DNA of 64,000 nucleotides, from positions 1,082 to 65,081 of the forward strand of contig JBBKVM010000043.1 in assembly GCA_037968415.1 (NCBI GenBank). Direction: 5' to 3'. This stretch comes from Bacteroidia bacterium. Lineage in GTDB: Bacteria; Bacteroidota; Bacteroidia; AKYH767-A; JBBKVM01. Every line of letters begins with the position of its first letter. Positions within the stretch are counted from its first letter, which is position 1. The position numbers were made by a program, and so were the translations under genes. Below the pieces are notes generated by a model, which was given only the letters and a program-made list of their open reading frames with translations, ran no database searches and had not been told where the DNA came from. This document shows positions 21,833 to 32,248 of this stretch, piece by piece.

Positions 21833-23359
21833 TTACTTAGCAGCTTGCAAGTGGCTTAACACTTTTTTCATGATACCGTACCACATGCTCGAGTAAAAAG
21901 TTTCGTTGCGGTCGTGCAACTCCTCGATTTTTCCTGCAGCCCAATCCCATGATGGATTTTTACGCATTAACTCCAGCAGGCTGACCGTGATATCGGTAAA
22001 GAAAGGATGCGAATGTTTTTCTCTGTAGCGAACAGATTTCTTAATCAGCTTGCGTGCTTCCAATTGCTTGTCAAATAACAGTGCCACCAATCCATTCAGC
22101 TCGTTAGAAATAGCATTTAGGTCTTTGAGGTGCGTGGCATTCTCCTCAATCAATCGAAGCATATTATCGAACTCACCTCTTTCAGTTTGTCGGTCATTGA
22201 AGTTTTCGTACAACATTACCACCAGGCGCGAAATCATGGAGTGGGTGGTGGCAATCAGAAAGTCTTCTTTGCGATGCTTGTTGATGGCGCCAATATGATC
22301 CGCCATATCAAACTCACGCAACGCGTTTTCTGTGTCCAGAAAATCAGCATATATCTGACCTTTCACTACATGATAATACATTTCTTCGTGCGGGCTTGCG
22401 TCATCTGCTACATACGATATGGCGTTGTCGATATAACCCAATCGTACGTGTTTGTCTTTACCATAACTAAACAATGCCAGTGCATGAAACATTTGATGCG
22501 CGCGCGTGGGCATAAAAGTGCGCAGCTCCTCAATATTTTTAGCGAGGTAATCTACATATGGCTCTATGTAGTGAGTTCTGCGCTCCATATGCTGACACAC
22601 TTCTAAAATATTTATCAGTGTTTCGTGTTTCAACTTTGCTGAAGTATGTTTTATCATCAGCTTACACAAGTTGTCATACAGTTGTGTGAGTTTGCTCTGA
22701 ATGCTTTTGCCACTCGCAGCCAACTCGGTGGTCTGTAAAGTCTGAATATTTAGAATTACATGTTCATGAGTGAGCTGCGCCTGATCGGCCACTGCACTAT
22801 ATTGCTCTAACATAGCCGCTCGTTTCTTTATGTCTTTTTCGGCAGTGATGTGCGGCACTAGTAAATTGTAAAACGAAAGCAGCAAATCATATTCTTCCAA
22901 TTGCATTAGTTCATCAATTAACTGAGTTGACTCCGCTTCCACCTCAGCATACAACCCACGATCAGTTTTGTCTTTGATGGCGAGATAGCGCTCGAATATG
23001 GTAATGTAATTGGCCTTGTCGATGAGCATGTATTTATACTCATCAGAATGGGTGATTTCAAAAAGACTTTCGTTGACTTCAGCCAGAATTTTTTTAAAAC
23101 TCTCTTGCTTTATGAAATTGAATTCTTTGTCGTAGAGGTTGACGAGATCGGGTTCGTTGTCAGAATCTTTTACTACTTCAAATATTCTTTTGGTGACTTG
23201 CTGAACAATAGAATTGCTTTCGCTAAACTGCCGAAGGATGAAAGTTTGTACATAATCACCAGGTGGCAACGATCGAATAGATTCAATAATTGACTGGTAA
23301 ATACCTTCGCGTTGATGTTGTAGCGCGTTTTGTTCTTTCATTTTCAATGGGTACACCAC
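21833..23359 (-). CDS. Hypothetical alpha-helical (TPR-like) protein
   Basis: 508-aa ORF, helical composition, no signal peptide or recognised catalytic motif. Confidence 0.6.
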   Translation of the reverse strand: MVYPLKMKEQNALQHQREGIYQSIIESIRSLPPGDYVQTFILRQFSESNSIVQQVTKRIFEVVKDSDNEPDLVNLYDKEFNFIKQESFKKILAEVNESLFEITHSDEYKYMLIDKANYITIFERYLAIKDKTDRGLYAEVEAESTQLIDELMQLEEYDLLLSFYNLLVPHITAEKDIKKRAAMLEQYSAVADQAQLTHEHVILNIQTLQTTELAASGKSIQSKLTQLYDNLCKLMIKHTSAKLKHETLINILEVCQHMERRTHYIEPYVDYLAKNIEELRTFMPTRAHQMFHALALFSYGKDKHVRLGYIDNAISYVADDASPHEEMYYHVVKGQIYADFLDTENALREFDMADHIGAINKHRKEDFLIATTHSMISRLVVMLYENFNDRQTERGEFDNMLRLIEENATHLKDLNAISNELNGLVALLFDKQLEARKLIKKSVRYREKHSHPFFTDITVSLLELMRKNPSWDWAAGKIEELHDRNETFYSSMWYGIMKKVLSHLQAAK

Positions 23360-23576
23360 CCTTACCAGGCCTACGATTTGGCAACATCATGCCAGCCCTG
23401 CGTGAGGAATAATATCTGTTTTGTTGTTCCTTTCAAAAATAGTTGGATGTATCGCAGATGCAGGCCACTTGCCGTTATAGTTACTAACAGTTTTATTGAC
23501 AGTCCGAACAACATAAGGATGTGGCGGTTACGCAAACAAAATTGTACGTATCAACAAAAAAAACAAGATGGGCTTT

Positions 23577-24557
23577 TTAGAAAGTAGCTGAGCGCGCAAT
23601 GGCTTCCACTTGGCGGAGGTATTCGCGCTTGTTGTATCGCGGAGCAAACACAAAACCTTCAATAGTGATGATGGTACCGCGCGATGGGTTGTGTATGGAA
23701 TAACTTACAAACGGCCCACCCATAAAATCGCCTTCGGTGCGCCAGAGTCCTCGCAGCTCCACCGCAAAATTTGAATCCACTTCCATCACATTTCGCTTTA
23801 CAGGATAACTCATTTCGGTAGCCATGTATGAACCTTCTGAAGGGCCGGGAATGTGTTGCAGGCAAATGCTGTCGCGTCTTGAAACAATGATGCGCGAAAC
23901 AAAATCGGAAGTATCGGTATAGGCCGTTTCGTAAATGATAATTCCCTGGCTCATCTCTTGTGTTTCTCTCCGCAGCCACATAAAATTATTTTTAGAAACA
24001 GCCAGTTGAAATCCTTTAGGTGTTATCAGGCTTACGCCAAAAGAATCTTTCACTGTTTTTTGAAGGATTGCATCAAGTAACGCTTGATAGCCTATCACTA
24101 TTCGATTGCGCTCAGCATCGTTGAGTGCTTGCAATAGCAAGTCGTAGTTTTCGCGCAGATAGGCCGCGATAGAATCGATATTGCTACCGGCAATTCGCAC
24201 CACCAGTTGAGGAGCCGACCACACATCGTTTCGATAAGAAATGGATACCGGCTCTTCAGCCAATTCCAGGTACACTATATTTTTTTGCAGTTTTAATATG
24301 CCTGAAAAATTAGACTGCGGCAATCGCGAAAATCGGAATTGAGCTTCGCCTTGTGGCAAGCCATATTGTTCTGCGGTGAGGATGTCGGTTAGCGCTTTGC
24401 CCGCTACTGTATTCCACACATCATCATCGGCTACAAGCAGTATTTCTCCTGGCCGGCCTGATGCTTCCGGGCGCGTGGGTGGCCCTTGCGCGCAACCGCT
24501 CCACACAGTAATCAGAACTGCGAATATTAGATGGTAAAGGCGAGGTTTTAGCGGCAT
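23577..24557 (-). CDS. DUF4837-family lipoprotein
   Basis: WSGC lipobox, GLPQGE, ELRGLW...FMGGPFVSY, EGFVFAP...KREYLRQVEAI. Confidence 0.8.
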   Translation of the reverse strand: MPLKPRLYHLIFAVLITVWSGCAQGPPTRPEASGRPGEILLVADDDVWNTVAGKALTDILTAEQYGLPQGEAQFRFSRLPQSNFSGILKLQKNIVYLELAEEPVSISYRNDVWSAPQLVVRIAGSNIDSIAAYLRENYDLLLQALNDAERNRIVIGYQALLDAILQKTVKDSFGVSLITPKGFQLAVSKNNFMWLRRETQEMSQGIIIYETAYTDTSDFVSRIIVSRRDSICLQHIPGPSEGSYMATEMSYPVKRNVMEVDSNFAVELRGLWRTEGDFMGGPFVSYSIHNPSRGTIITIEGFVFAPRYNKREYLRQVEAIARSATF

Positions 24558-24559
24558 GA

Positions 24560-26080
24560 TCAGCCGTTCACTTCTACTTTGATGCGTGTGCCAGGGCGAA
24601 GATCGCGTGAATTGGTGATGCGGTTGAGTTGCTTTAGTTGGTCAACCGTTACGCCATCATAGCGCTGCGCGATGTTCCATAATGTGTCACCGGGTTGCAC
24701 GGTGTAATACACGTATTTGCCCACTGCAGACTCTGTGTTTTTGGCCGAAGCAGTGTTTGCTTTAGCTGTCTCGTTGGGCTGTGTGCTGTCGGTTTTTTCT
24801 GTTTTCGCATTGGAAGGTATCGTGCGCGCTGCGGTAAGGGGCACGGCTTGTTTAACCTGCACATACAATGTTAACTTCTGACCATATGCAATATGACTAG
24901 ACCGCAACTTGTTCCATTTTTTAATTTCAGAAACAGAAACATTATTTTTTTCAGCGATGGTGGACAATGATTCTCCTTTGCGTACGGTGTAAATTTTTCT
25001 GATTTCTTTCAGTATCACTTCGTCAGCTTGTGCCAGTTGCGCTGTTTCTTCCACCGCTTCAGGGGCAAATATTTTGTCGGAGGCGGCAATGAAAGAACTC
25101 ATTTTATTCATTGGCAACCGGATGGAATATTTTTCAGTGCCACCGGGAATATAATTCTTCTTGTACACCGGATTGAGATAGGAAATCAGGTCTTCGCTGA
25201 TGCCTGTGTGTTGGGCTATAGTGGTAAATGAAACTGCCTTATCAACCTTTACAGTATCCACCTCAAAGTAGGTGAGCATAGGCTTAACAGCTACCAGGTT
25301 GTGCTCTTTGCTATGATTCATCACATAGCATACGGCAATGAATGCTGGAACATACCCACGGGTTTCGGCCGGCAGGTACGGACTTATTTTCCAGAAATCT
25401 TTGCTTCCTCCAGCGCGGGCAATGGCGCGGTTTACGTTACCGGGGCCACAGTTGTATGCGGCAATCACCAGCAGCCAATCGCCATAAATTTTGTGCATGT
25501 CCTGAAAGTATTTGCAGGCGGCAACGGTTGATTTGTAAGGATCTCTGCGCTCATCTATATATGAAGTAACCTGCAGGTTGTACATTTTGCCGGTGTTGTA
25601 CATAAACTGCCAGATACCGGTTGCGCCCATGTGTGAAACGGCTACAGGGTTGAGTGCCGATTCTACTACCGCCAGATATTTAAATTCGAGCGGTAGGTTA
25701 TGACGATCGAGTTGTTCTTCGAACATTGGGAAGTATAACTGCGATAACCCCAGTGCACGTGAAGTAAGTCCGCGTTTGCGCGAGGCATATAAATCGATGT
25801 AGTCGCGGACTTGCTGATTGTATGTGAGCGGAATAGGCGAATTCATTTTCGCCATGCGGCTGCGATATACCTCTTCACCAAATGTGGGTATGTTGGCATC
25901 CGATTGTTTGTAGTCAGCGGTGTTGGGGAAACAATACCGGTTGAGACAATTTTGGCTCACCAGGCTGTCAAGCATGGCGGCTATGGGATCATAAGTTGGC
26001 GTCTGTGTTTGTTGTGCCGTTGCTGATAGCATGCAAACACACAAACCGATAACCAGTGAAGTCCATTTCAGTTGCTTCAT
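24560..26080 (-). CDS. mltD: Lytic murein transglycosylase D-like (SLT plus two LysM)
   Basis: AVVESALNP, GATGIWQFM, AAYNCGPGNV, ETRGYVP; two LysM domains; start set at ATG 26080. Confidence 0.88.
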   Translation of the reverse strand: MKQLKWTSLVIGLCVCMLSATAQQTQTPTYDPIAAMLDSLVSQNCLNRYCFPNTADYKQSDANIPTFGEEVYRSRMAKMNSPIPLTYNQQVRDYIDLYASRKRGLTSRALGLSQLYFPMFEEQLDRHNLPLEFKYLAVVESALNPVAVSHMGATGIWQFMYNTGKMYNLQVTSYIDERRDPYKSTVAACKYFQDMHKIYGDWLLVIAAYNCGPGNVNRAIARAGGSKDFWKISPYLPAETRGYVPAFIAVCYVMNHSKEHNLVAVKPMLTYFEVDTVKVDKAVSFTTIAQHTGISEDLISYLNPVYKKNYIPGGTEKYSIRLPMNKMSSFIAASDKIFAPEAVEETAQLAQADEVILKEIRKIYTVRKGESLSTIAEKNNVSVSEIKKWNKLRSSHIAYGQKLTLYVQVKQAVPLTAARTIPSNAKTEKTDSTQPNETAKANTASAKNTESAVGKYVYYTVQPGDTLWNIAQRYDGVTVDQLKQLNRITNSRDLRPGTRIKVEVNG

Positions 26081-26210
26081 TGTAAATAGTTTTGATTGAT
26101 TTGGCGCTGTGCCCTTGCACAGAACCTTTTCCACGCCTTAAAGATAAAACTTATTAGCGGCCCTAAAGATAAATAAGAGGCCCAATCTTTCAACGCCCTG
26201 GTAGTGATAT

Positions 26211-27635
26211 CTATTGCCGCATTAATTGGTTTGCGATGGCTAAAAGCCGTTTTTCGCAAAAAACAGGTGCCATGAATTGGGTGCCAAGAGGCAAATTCTT
26301 GCTTTGCCCTGTGGGTATGGAGATGGCAGGTAATCCCGCCAGGTTGGCGTGGACGGTAAAAATATCTTCGAGATACATAGTTACCGGATCGGCAATTTCT
26401 CCTATGCCAAATGCAGGCCGTGGCGTTGTAGGACCTACGATAAGGTCAAATTTTTCAAATATTCTAGCGGTGGCATCATAGATGAGCCTGCGTACTTTTT
26501 GCGCACGGGTGTAGTATGCATCATGATACCCGGCACTCAGCACAAATGTGCCCAGCATGATCCTGCGCTTCACCTCAGCCCCAAACCCTTCGCTGCGTGA
26601 TTGGGTGTACAAGTCGACAATATGCGAAGCAGAAGGACTGCGATGCCCGTAAAACACACCGTTGTATCGCGACAGATTGGATGAAGCTTCGGCTGTGGTG
26701 AGAATATAATATGCCGGCACCATGTGTTTGAGGAGCGGAAAGGAAACTCGCTGCACAACGTGCCCTGCCGAACGCAATGTATCCAGCTGCGTTTCAAAAT
26801 TTGATTTCACATCCGGACTGAGGGCGGGATGATGGAGGCATTCATCTATGTGTGCGATGCTATATTTTTCGGTGCACTTTTCAAAAGTGGTGTAGTCATC
26901 AACCAGCGAAGAAGATGCGGTGGCATCGCGCCCATCCGCACCGGCCATTACCTCCAGCAGCAACGCAGCATCATCGGCACATAATGTGAGCGTCCCTATT
27001 TGGTCGAACGAAGAGGCATAGGCAATGAGCCCCCACCGCGACACCCGCCCATAGGTGGGCTTGAGGCCGACTACCCCGCAGAATGAGGCGGGCTGCCTTA
27101 TGGAGCCTCCGGTATCGGAGCCTAGCGCGGCCAGACACAGGCCCGCAGCCACAGCCGCAGCCGATCCCCCCGATGAGCCTCCTGCCACACGTTCCCGATT
27201 ATAAGGATTGCGCACAGGGCCATAGACCGAATTCTCATTGGAGCCGCCCATGGCGAACTCATCGCAGTTGAGTCGCCCCAATATGATGGCATCTTCGGCC
27301 ACTAGTCGCTCTACTGCAGTAGATGAAAACACCGAATTGTAATTGCGCAACATGCCCGAAGCGGCTGATACGTTGTGATCTTTGTAACAGATATTGTCTT
27401 TGATGCCGATGACCATACCCGCAAGTCTGCCCGCGGTGCCGGCTTTCATTTTTTGCTCAATCTCAATGGCCGACTGCATTGCCTCATCGGCAAACACTTC
27501 TATATAGGAATTGAGTGTGCGGTGGGCTTGTTCCCTTTCAATGTAATGTTGCACCAGTTGAGGCAGCGTGAGCGAGCCTTCGCGCATCAGCTGTCTGACA
27601 TTTGCCAGTGATTGGTATGTATGTGCCGTTTGCAT
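26211..27635 (-). CDS. gatA: Asp-tRNA(Asn)/Glu-tRNA(Gln) amidotransferase subunit A
   Basis: GGSSGGSAAA, GSDTGGSIRQPA, AEASSNLSRY, GFGAEVKRRIMLGTFVLS; start set at ATG 27635. Confidence 0.95.
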   Translation of the reverse strand: MQTAHTYQSLANVRQLMREGSLTLPQLVQHYIEREQAHRTLNSYIEVFADEAMQSAIEIEQKMKAGTAGRLAGMVIGIKDNICYKDHNVSAASGMLRNYNSVFSSTAVERLVAEDAIILGRLNCDEFAMGGSNENSVYGPVRNPYNRERVAGGSSGGSAAAVAAGLCLAALGSDTGGSIRQPASFCGVVGLKPTYGRVSRWGLIAYASSFDQIGTLTLCADDAALLLEVMAGADGRDATASSSLVDDYTTFEKCTEKYSIAHIDECLHHPALSPDVKSNFETQLDTLRSAGHVVQRVSFPLLKHMVPAYYILTTAEASSNLSRYNGVFYGHRSPSASHIVDLYTQSRSEGFGAEVKRRIMLGTFVLSAGYHDAYYTRAQKVRRLIYDATARIFEKFDLIVGPTTPRPAFGIGEIADPVTMYLEDIFTVHANLAGLPAISIPTGQSKNLPLGTQFMAPVFCEKRLLAIANQLMRQ

Positions 27636-27730
27636 GCGCGGTAAAAGTAATAAAACCGCCATCGCCCATGGCGTGGACAATCAAGTGTGAGCGATGCGGT
27701 ATATTGCGCACTGAGCCAACAGAAATTATA

Positions 27731-28597
27731 GTGAGCCGTTTATCCACCCTCCGTTTTGTCCTCCAAAGTTCGCGTCCGGGCCTGTGGTTTTCTACCATTT
27801 GGTTGTATATGTTGCCCACCGCGCAGATGGAAAATTTGGCTGCGTCATGGAGTTTTTGGGCAGGCCTGTTGTATGTAATGCTGCCATTGAACTTATTGGT
27901 GTATGGATGGAACGACATCGTGGACCGCGACACCGACCGACTGAACCCTCGGAAAGGCAACTTTCTTTTTGGTGCGCGTGGCAGCGATCAGCAACTCACC
28001 TTACTGCCAAGGTTTATCGTCATAGCGCAGCTTATTTTTTATCCGGTATTGTTGTGGGCTGGCGGATGGGCGATGGCTGTATTGTTGCTGGCCCAGCTGG
28101 GTGTGATGGCATTGTATAATCATCCTACACGTGGGTGGCGAAGCAGGCCCCCGCTCGAGCTCACCTGCCAGGTGGGTTACTTGTTGGTGGTGCCATTCAG
28201 CATCTTGCTCAACGATGGAGCGCACCTTTCTTTGTGGGCATATATTTATTTGTCGTGCTTCGCCATGCAGTCGCACCTGATGGGCGAAGTAATGGATATC
28301 GTACCCGACCGAACTACGAAAAAGTATACCACCGCTACAACGATTGGTGCGCGTAATACCAAGTTCATCATCATTGCACTGGTGGTGATAGAGGTAGTCA
28401 TCGTCACACAGATATTTGACGACTGGATTTTTGGAGGCATGTTGCTGGCAGGGCTGGTGTGGTTACTTGTAGATTTATTTATTCTGTTTCGCGACAAGCA
28501 ATATTCGCTTTGGCAGATGAAACTTTTTGGTTTCGGGAGCAATGCCATTGCCTTTGCAAGCATTGCCTATGTATGGTGGAGCGGTTGTTTGTCGTGA
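27731..28597 (+). CDS. UbiA-family prenyltransferase-like membrane protein
   Basis: SSRPGLW, YGWNDIVDRDTDRLNPRK Asp-rich motif, DIVPD second motif; probable GTG start at 27731. Confidence 0.8.
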   Translation: MSRLSTLRFVLQSSRPGLWFSTIWLYMLPTAQMENLAASWSFWAGLLYVMLPLNLLVYGWNDIVDRDTDRLNPRKGNFLFGARGSDQQLTLLPRFIVIAQLIFYPVLLWAGGWAMAVLLLAQLGVMALYNHPTRGWRSRPPLELTCQVGYLLVVPFSILLNDGAHLSLWAYIYLSCFAMQSHLMGEVMDIVPDRTTKKYTTATTIGARNTKFIIIALVVIEVVIVTQIFDDWIFGGMLLAGLVWLLVDLFILFRDKQYSLWQMKLFGFGSNAIAFASIAYVWWSGCLS

Positions 28598-28693
28598 TGA
28601 TGAGAAAATGCCCGGAAGGTGATCGGGAATAATTGGGCTTTGTTATCTTTACTCAACGGAAACCTCTTACCCTTCAACCCTAATTACTAAAAC

Positions 28694-30967
28694 ATGAAAA
28701 TGAATTTTACCCTATGGCGCAATTTGCGCTTGTATGTTCTTGTTTGTGCTTGCACATTTATTTCCGCGAATTTATTTGCTAATGACTCACGTCAATTGTG
28801 GACTGAAGCGGAGGCCGCGCGCCTGGGCACACCCGGTGTTGCCGTGAGCGTGTATCGTGCCATGCATCTCGACCTTGCTTCACTTCGAACATTATTGGCT
28901 ACCGCGCCATCCGAACAATTGGTCGCTGTGAGGCAATCACAATTTGTAATCAGCTTGCCACTGCCCGATGGTGGTTTGGGAAGCTTCAGGGTAGTGGATG
29001 CTCCTATCATGCACCCCACCCTGGCCACCAAGTATCCTGATATCAAAACATATTTAGGTCAAGGTCTTGATGATCGCACGGCAACTGTGCGTTTCAGCAT
29101 TACCCAGTTTGGTTTGCATGCGCAAATATTGTCTGCTTCCGGCACCATGCTTATCAACCCATGGAACAGCGCCACTACGAGCGACTACATTGTTTTCAGA
29201 AAAAGCAATGCTATGCCGTCTACCGAAATATTGCAGTGCACGTTTGTGCCTACAACCGAAGAAGAAATAGTAAGCCAACAGATTTTAGAATCGCTTCGCA
29301 ATGACAACACGCTGCAAACTACTTCTATTGGTCACGAGTTGCGTACCTATCGCATGGCACTTGCCAGCACAGGAGAGTACACATCTTTCCATGGTGGCAC
29401 CAAAGCCTCGGGGCTTGCAGCCATGGTGGTAGCCATGACAAGGGTAAATGGAATTTACGAAGCCGAAGTGGACATACGCATGGTGCTGATCGCCAACAAC
29501 GACACACTGGTGTATACCAGTTCTGGCTCCGACCCATACACCAACAATAATGGAAGCACTATGCTGGGCCAAAATCAAACCACACTTGATAACATTATTG
29601 GTAGCGCCAATTATGATATCGGCCATGTGTTCAGCACAGGCGGAGGCGGTGTGGCAGGCCTACGCGTGCCGTGTGTCACGGGGCAGAAAGCGCGAGGCGT
29701 AACAGGCCTTTCGTCTCCTGTTGGCGATCCGTTTTATGTAGATTACGTGGCGCACGAAATGGGACATCAGTGGGGAGGCAATCACACCTTCAATGGCAGC
29801 TCCGGCAGTTGCTCAGGAAACCGATCTGCATCCGCGGCCTATGAGCCGGGCAGTGGCACCACCATCATGGCGTATGCCGGAATCTGCGGAGCTAACAACA
29901 CACAAAATTTTAGCGACCCCTATTTCCATACCAAAAGTTTTGATGAAATAGTTACCTACTCCACTGTCAACACCGGCAACACGTGCGCAGTCACCACGCT
30001 TACCGGCAATACCGGCCCGGTGGTTCTCACTACGCCCGATTATTACATTCCATACCTCACGCCTTTTATGCTCACCGGCTCTGCTACAGATATTGATGGC
30101 GATACGCTTACCTATTGTTGGGAGCAATATGATTTGGGGCCGGCAGGCGCGCCCAACACACCCACAGGTGATGCACCTATTTTCCGTTCTTTCAATCCCA
30201 CACTTAGCCCAACCCGCTATTTCCCTCGGTTACAAAACATAGTGAACAATACACAAACCATTGGTGAAATACTCCCATCTTATGCGCGCACGCTCAACTT
30301 CAAGGTTACCGCCCGCGATAACGTGGCAGGTGGCGCAGGTGTGAATCATAATAACACTTCGGTGAAGGTATATGTAATTAACACGGGCGCACCCTTTCTT
30401 GTTACTTCGCCAAATACTGCTGTAGTATGGCTTATGGGCACACAAGAAACTGTAACATGGGATGTGGTAGGCACCACCGCAGCGCCTATCAGTGCCGGCA
30501 ATGTGGACATACTGCTTTCGCTTGATGGCGGCTTCACTTATCCGGTAACACTTGCCACCGCAGTGCCTAACAATGGCTCGGCCATGGTAACGGTACCCGC
30601 ATTGGCGACCACTCAGGCGCGTGTGATGGTGCGTGGCGAAGGCAATATATTTTTCGATATTTCCAATACCAATTTCAGCATTGATGTATCGAGTGGTGTG
30701 GCAGAAGCAGGCATCGCCAATTCAATAGAAGTGTATCCAAATCCAGCCACAGAAGATCTCAACATAATACTGGGCGAGCAACTCAACGGTGTCATCACTG
30801 TTGAACTGATCGATCTTGCCGGCAGAATAATTAACTCATCGGTACACCAAAGCGATGGCACAAAACAAAAGATCATTTTCCCACTCACACATTTAGAGCA
30901 AGGCATTTATCAGGTTCGTATAAATTCAGTACGCGGACAGGCTGTGAAACGAATTGTAAAAATGTAA
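28694..30967 (+). CDS. Reprolysin-like (M12) zinc metalloprotease with T9SS C-terminal domain
   Basis: HEMGHQWGGNH zinc motif, EPGSGTTIMAYAG Met-turn, C-terminal VYPNPA...GIYQVRI...KRIVKM. Confidence 0.92.
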   Translation: MKMNFTLWRNLRLYVLVCACTFISANLFANDSRQLWTEAEAARLGTPGVAVSVYRAMHLDLASLRTLLATAPSEQLVAVRQSQFVISLPLPDGGLGSFRVVDAPIMHPTLATKYPDIKTYLGQGLDDRTATVRFSITQFGLHAQILSASGTMLINPWNSATTSDYIVFRKSNAMPSTEILQCTFVPTTEEEIVSQQILESLRNDNTLQTTSIGHELRTYRMALASTGEYTSFHGGTKASGLAAMVVAMTRVNGIYEAEVDIRMVLIANNDTLVYTSSGSDPYTNNNGSTMLGQNQTTLDNIIGSANYDIGHVFSTGGGGVAGLRVPCVTGQKARGVTGLSSPVGDPFYVDYVAHEMGHQWGGNHTFNGSSGSCSGNRSASAAYEPGSGTTIMAYAGICGANNTQNFSDPYFHTKSFDEIVTYSTVNTGNTCAVTTLTGNTGPVVLTTPDYYIPYLTPFMLTGSATDIDGDTLTYCWEQYDLGPAGAPNTPTGDAPIFRSFNPTLSPTRYFPRLQNIVNNTQTIGEILPSYARTLNFKVTARDNVAGGAGVNHNNTSVKVYVINTGAPFLVTSPNTAVVWLMGTQETVTWDVVGTTAAPISAGNVDILLSLDGGFTYPVTLATAVPNNGSAMVTVPALATTQARVMVRGEGNIFFDISNTNFSIDVSSGVAEAGIANSIEVYPNPATEDLNIILGEQLNGVITVELIDLAGRIINSSVHQSDGTKQKIIFPLTHLEQGIYQVRINSVRGQAVKRIVKM

Positions 30968-30971
30968 TTGA

Positions 30972-31045
30972 TCCCAGCCCAAAATTTAATTCGCCAGCCC
31001 ATGGATTAAACCGCCAGCCCATGGTTTAAACCATGGGCTGGCGAA
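30972..31045. repeat. REP-like palindrome with two degenerate tandem copies
   Basis: Perfect 32-bp palindrome CGCCAGCCCATGGTTTAAACCATGGGCTGGCG (31012-31043), preceded at 20-bp spacing by CGCCAGCCCATGGATTAAAC and TCCCAGCCCAAAATTTAATT. Confidence 0.8.
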
Positions 31046-31059
31046 AAAAACAAATCAAT

Positions 31060-31470
31060 ATGCCACATTCATTTGTCAATATATGGGTGCACGCTACTTG
31101 GGGCAACTAAACATCGCGCACCATTCATATTGCCTCAGGCAGAAAAGCAGATTTATGATTTCATCACACGACAATTTGAATCATTAAATGGCCGGCAAGA
31201 ATTGTCAATAGCATGCCCGACCACATTCATTGTTTGTTTTTGTTGAACAGACAGAGTTCTATTGCGGAGATAGTGAAGCAGGTTAAAGGAAGTTCATCAC
31301 ATTTTATCAATGATCAAAAATTGTTGCCGGAAATGTTTGCTTGGCAAATAGGTTATGCAGCTTTTTCTGTGAGCGAAGGCAACTTGAAAAATGTTTATTT
31401 CTACATAAAAAATCAAAAAGCACATCACCCAAAAATAAATTACAAAGATGAATTGGTCAGCTTGAATTAG
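31060..31470 (+). pseudogene. tnpA: IS200/IS605-family (REP-associated type) HUH tyrosine transposase, frameshifted
   Basis: MPHSFVNIWVHATW, then a +1 shift (stop at 31108) to ATKHRAPFI..., then a -1 shift near 31190 to PARIVNSMPDHIHCL (HUH), VKQVKGSSS, FAWQIGYAAFSVS, YIKNQKAHH. Confidence 0.82.
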
Positions 31471-31615
31471 CAATAGTGAGATTATTCACCGATTGTTTTG
31501 GGCAGCAGATATTGATGATTCGCAGCATGTGTTTTTCATTGTCGGTATACGCTCTCCTTTTCATACATTTGTGCACACATAACCATGCCTGCAAAGGCAG
31601 TAAAACCCATCTATT

Positions 31616-32242
31616 TTGTTTACAGGAATAATGCACACACACGTTTTGGTAGTCACCGTTTTTTTGGTGCTGTACCTTGTAAAAACGTTACTGTTGTTTG
31701 CCGGCTCACCGGCCACGCTTGATAATTTCACTGCACGCACCAAAGTACCCGAGATGATTGTGAGTGTACTTTTTTTACTCACCGGATTGTATCTCTGGAA
31801 ATACAGCGGAAATGTAGACACGTGGTTTTACGTAAAATTGGGTGCCGTGGCGGTGGCTATTCCCAGCGCCATTATTGGGTTTAAAAAACGCATTAAGCCG
31901 TTGGCGGTATTATCGTTTTTTCTAATCGTCTATTCTTACGGCATTTCAGAAACCAAAAGCCCTGTGTTCAAGAAAGCCGACATCGCTTCAGCTTATACCG
32001 ATACGGACAACACCTTGTTGGGCAAAGAAATTTATATGGGTGAGTGCGCATCATGCCACGGAGCTGATGGTCGCGGAGGATTGAGCGGTGCCAAAGACTT
32101 GTCACTTTCAGAAAGTTCACCCGAAGAAGTGAGTGAGCGCATAATTGAAGGCAAAGGAATGATGCCTGCCTTTGGCAAACGCCTTACTGATGTGCAGATA
32201 GACGCTGTAGCTACTTATATAATAGAAATGCGAAACGAGTAA
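31616..32242 (+). CDS. Membrane protein (SirB2-like TM domain) fused to a c-type cytochrome
   Basis: Four TM helices, then the CASCH heme motif and GMMPAF axial Met; TTG start. Confidence 0.8.
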   Translation: MFTGIMHTHVLVVTVFLVLYLVKTLLLFAGSPATLDNFTARTKVPEMIVSVLFLLTGLYLWKYSGNVDTWFYVKLGAVAVAIPSAIIGFKKRIKPLAVLSFFLIVYSYGISETKSPVFKKADIASAYTDTDNTLLGKEIYMGECASCHGADGRGGLSGAKDLSLSESSPEEVSERIIEGKGMMPAFGKRLTDVQIDAVATYIIEMRNE

Positions 32243-32248
32243 GCGTAC

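Noticed and set aside
30972..31045. CRISPR array
   Set aside because: Only 2-3 abutting 20-bp units with no spacers and no cas genes; better explained as REP-like.
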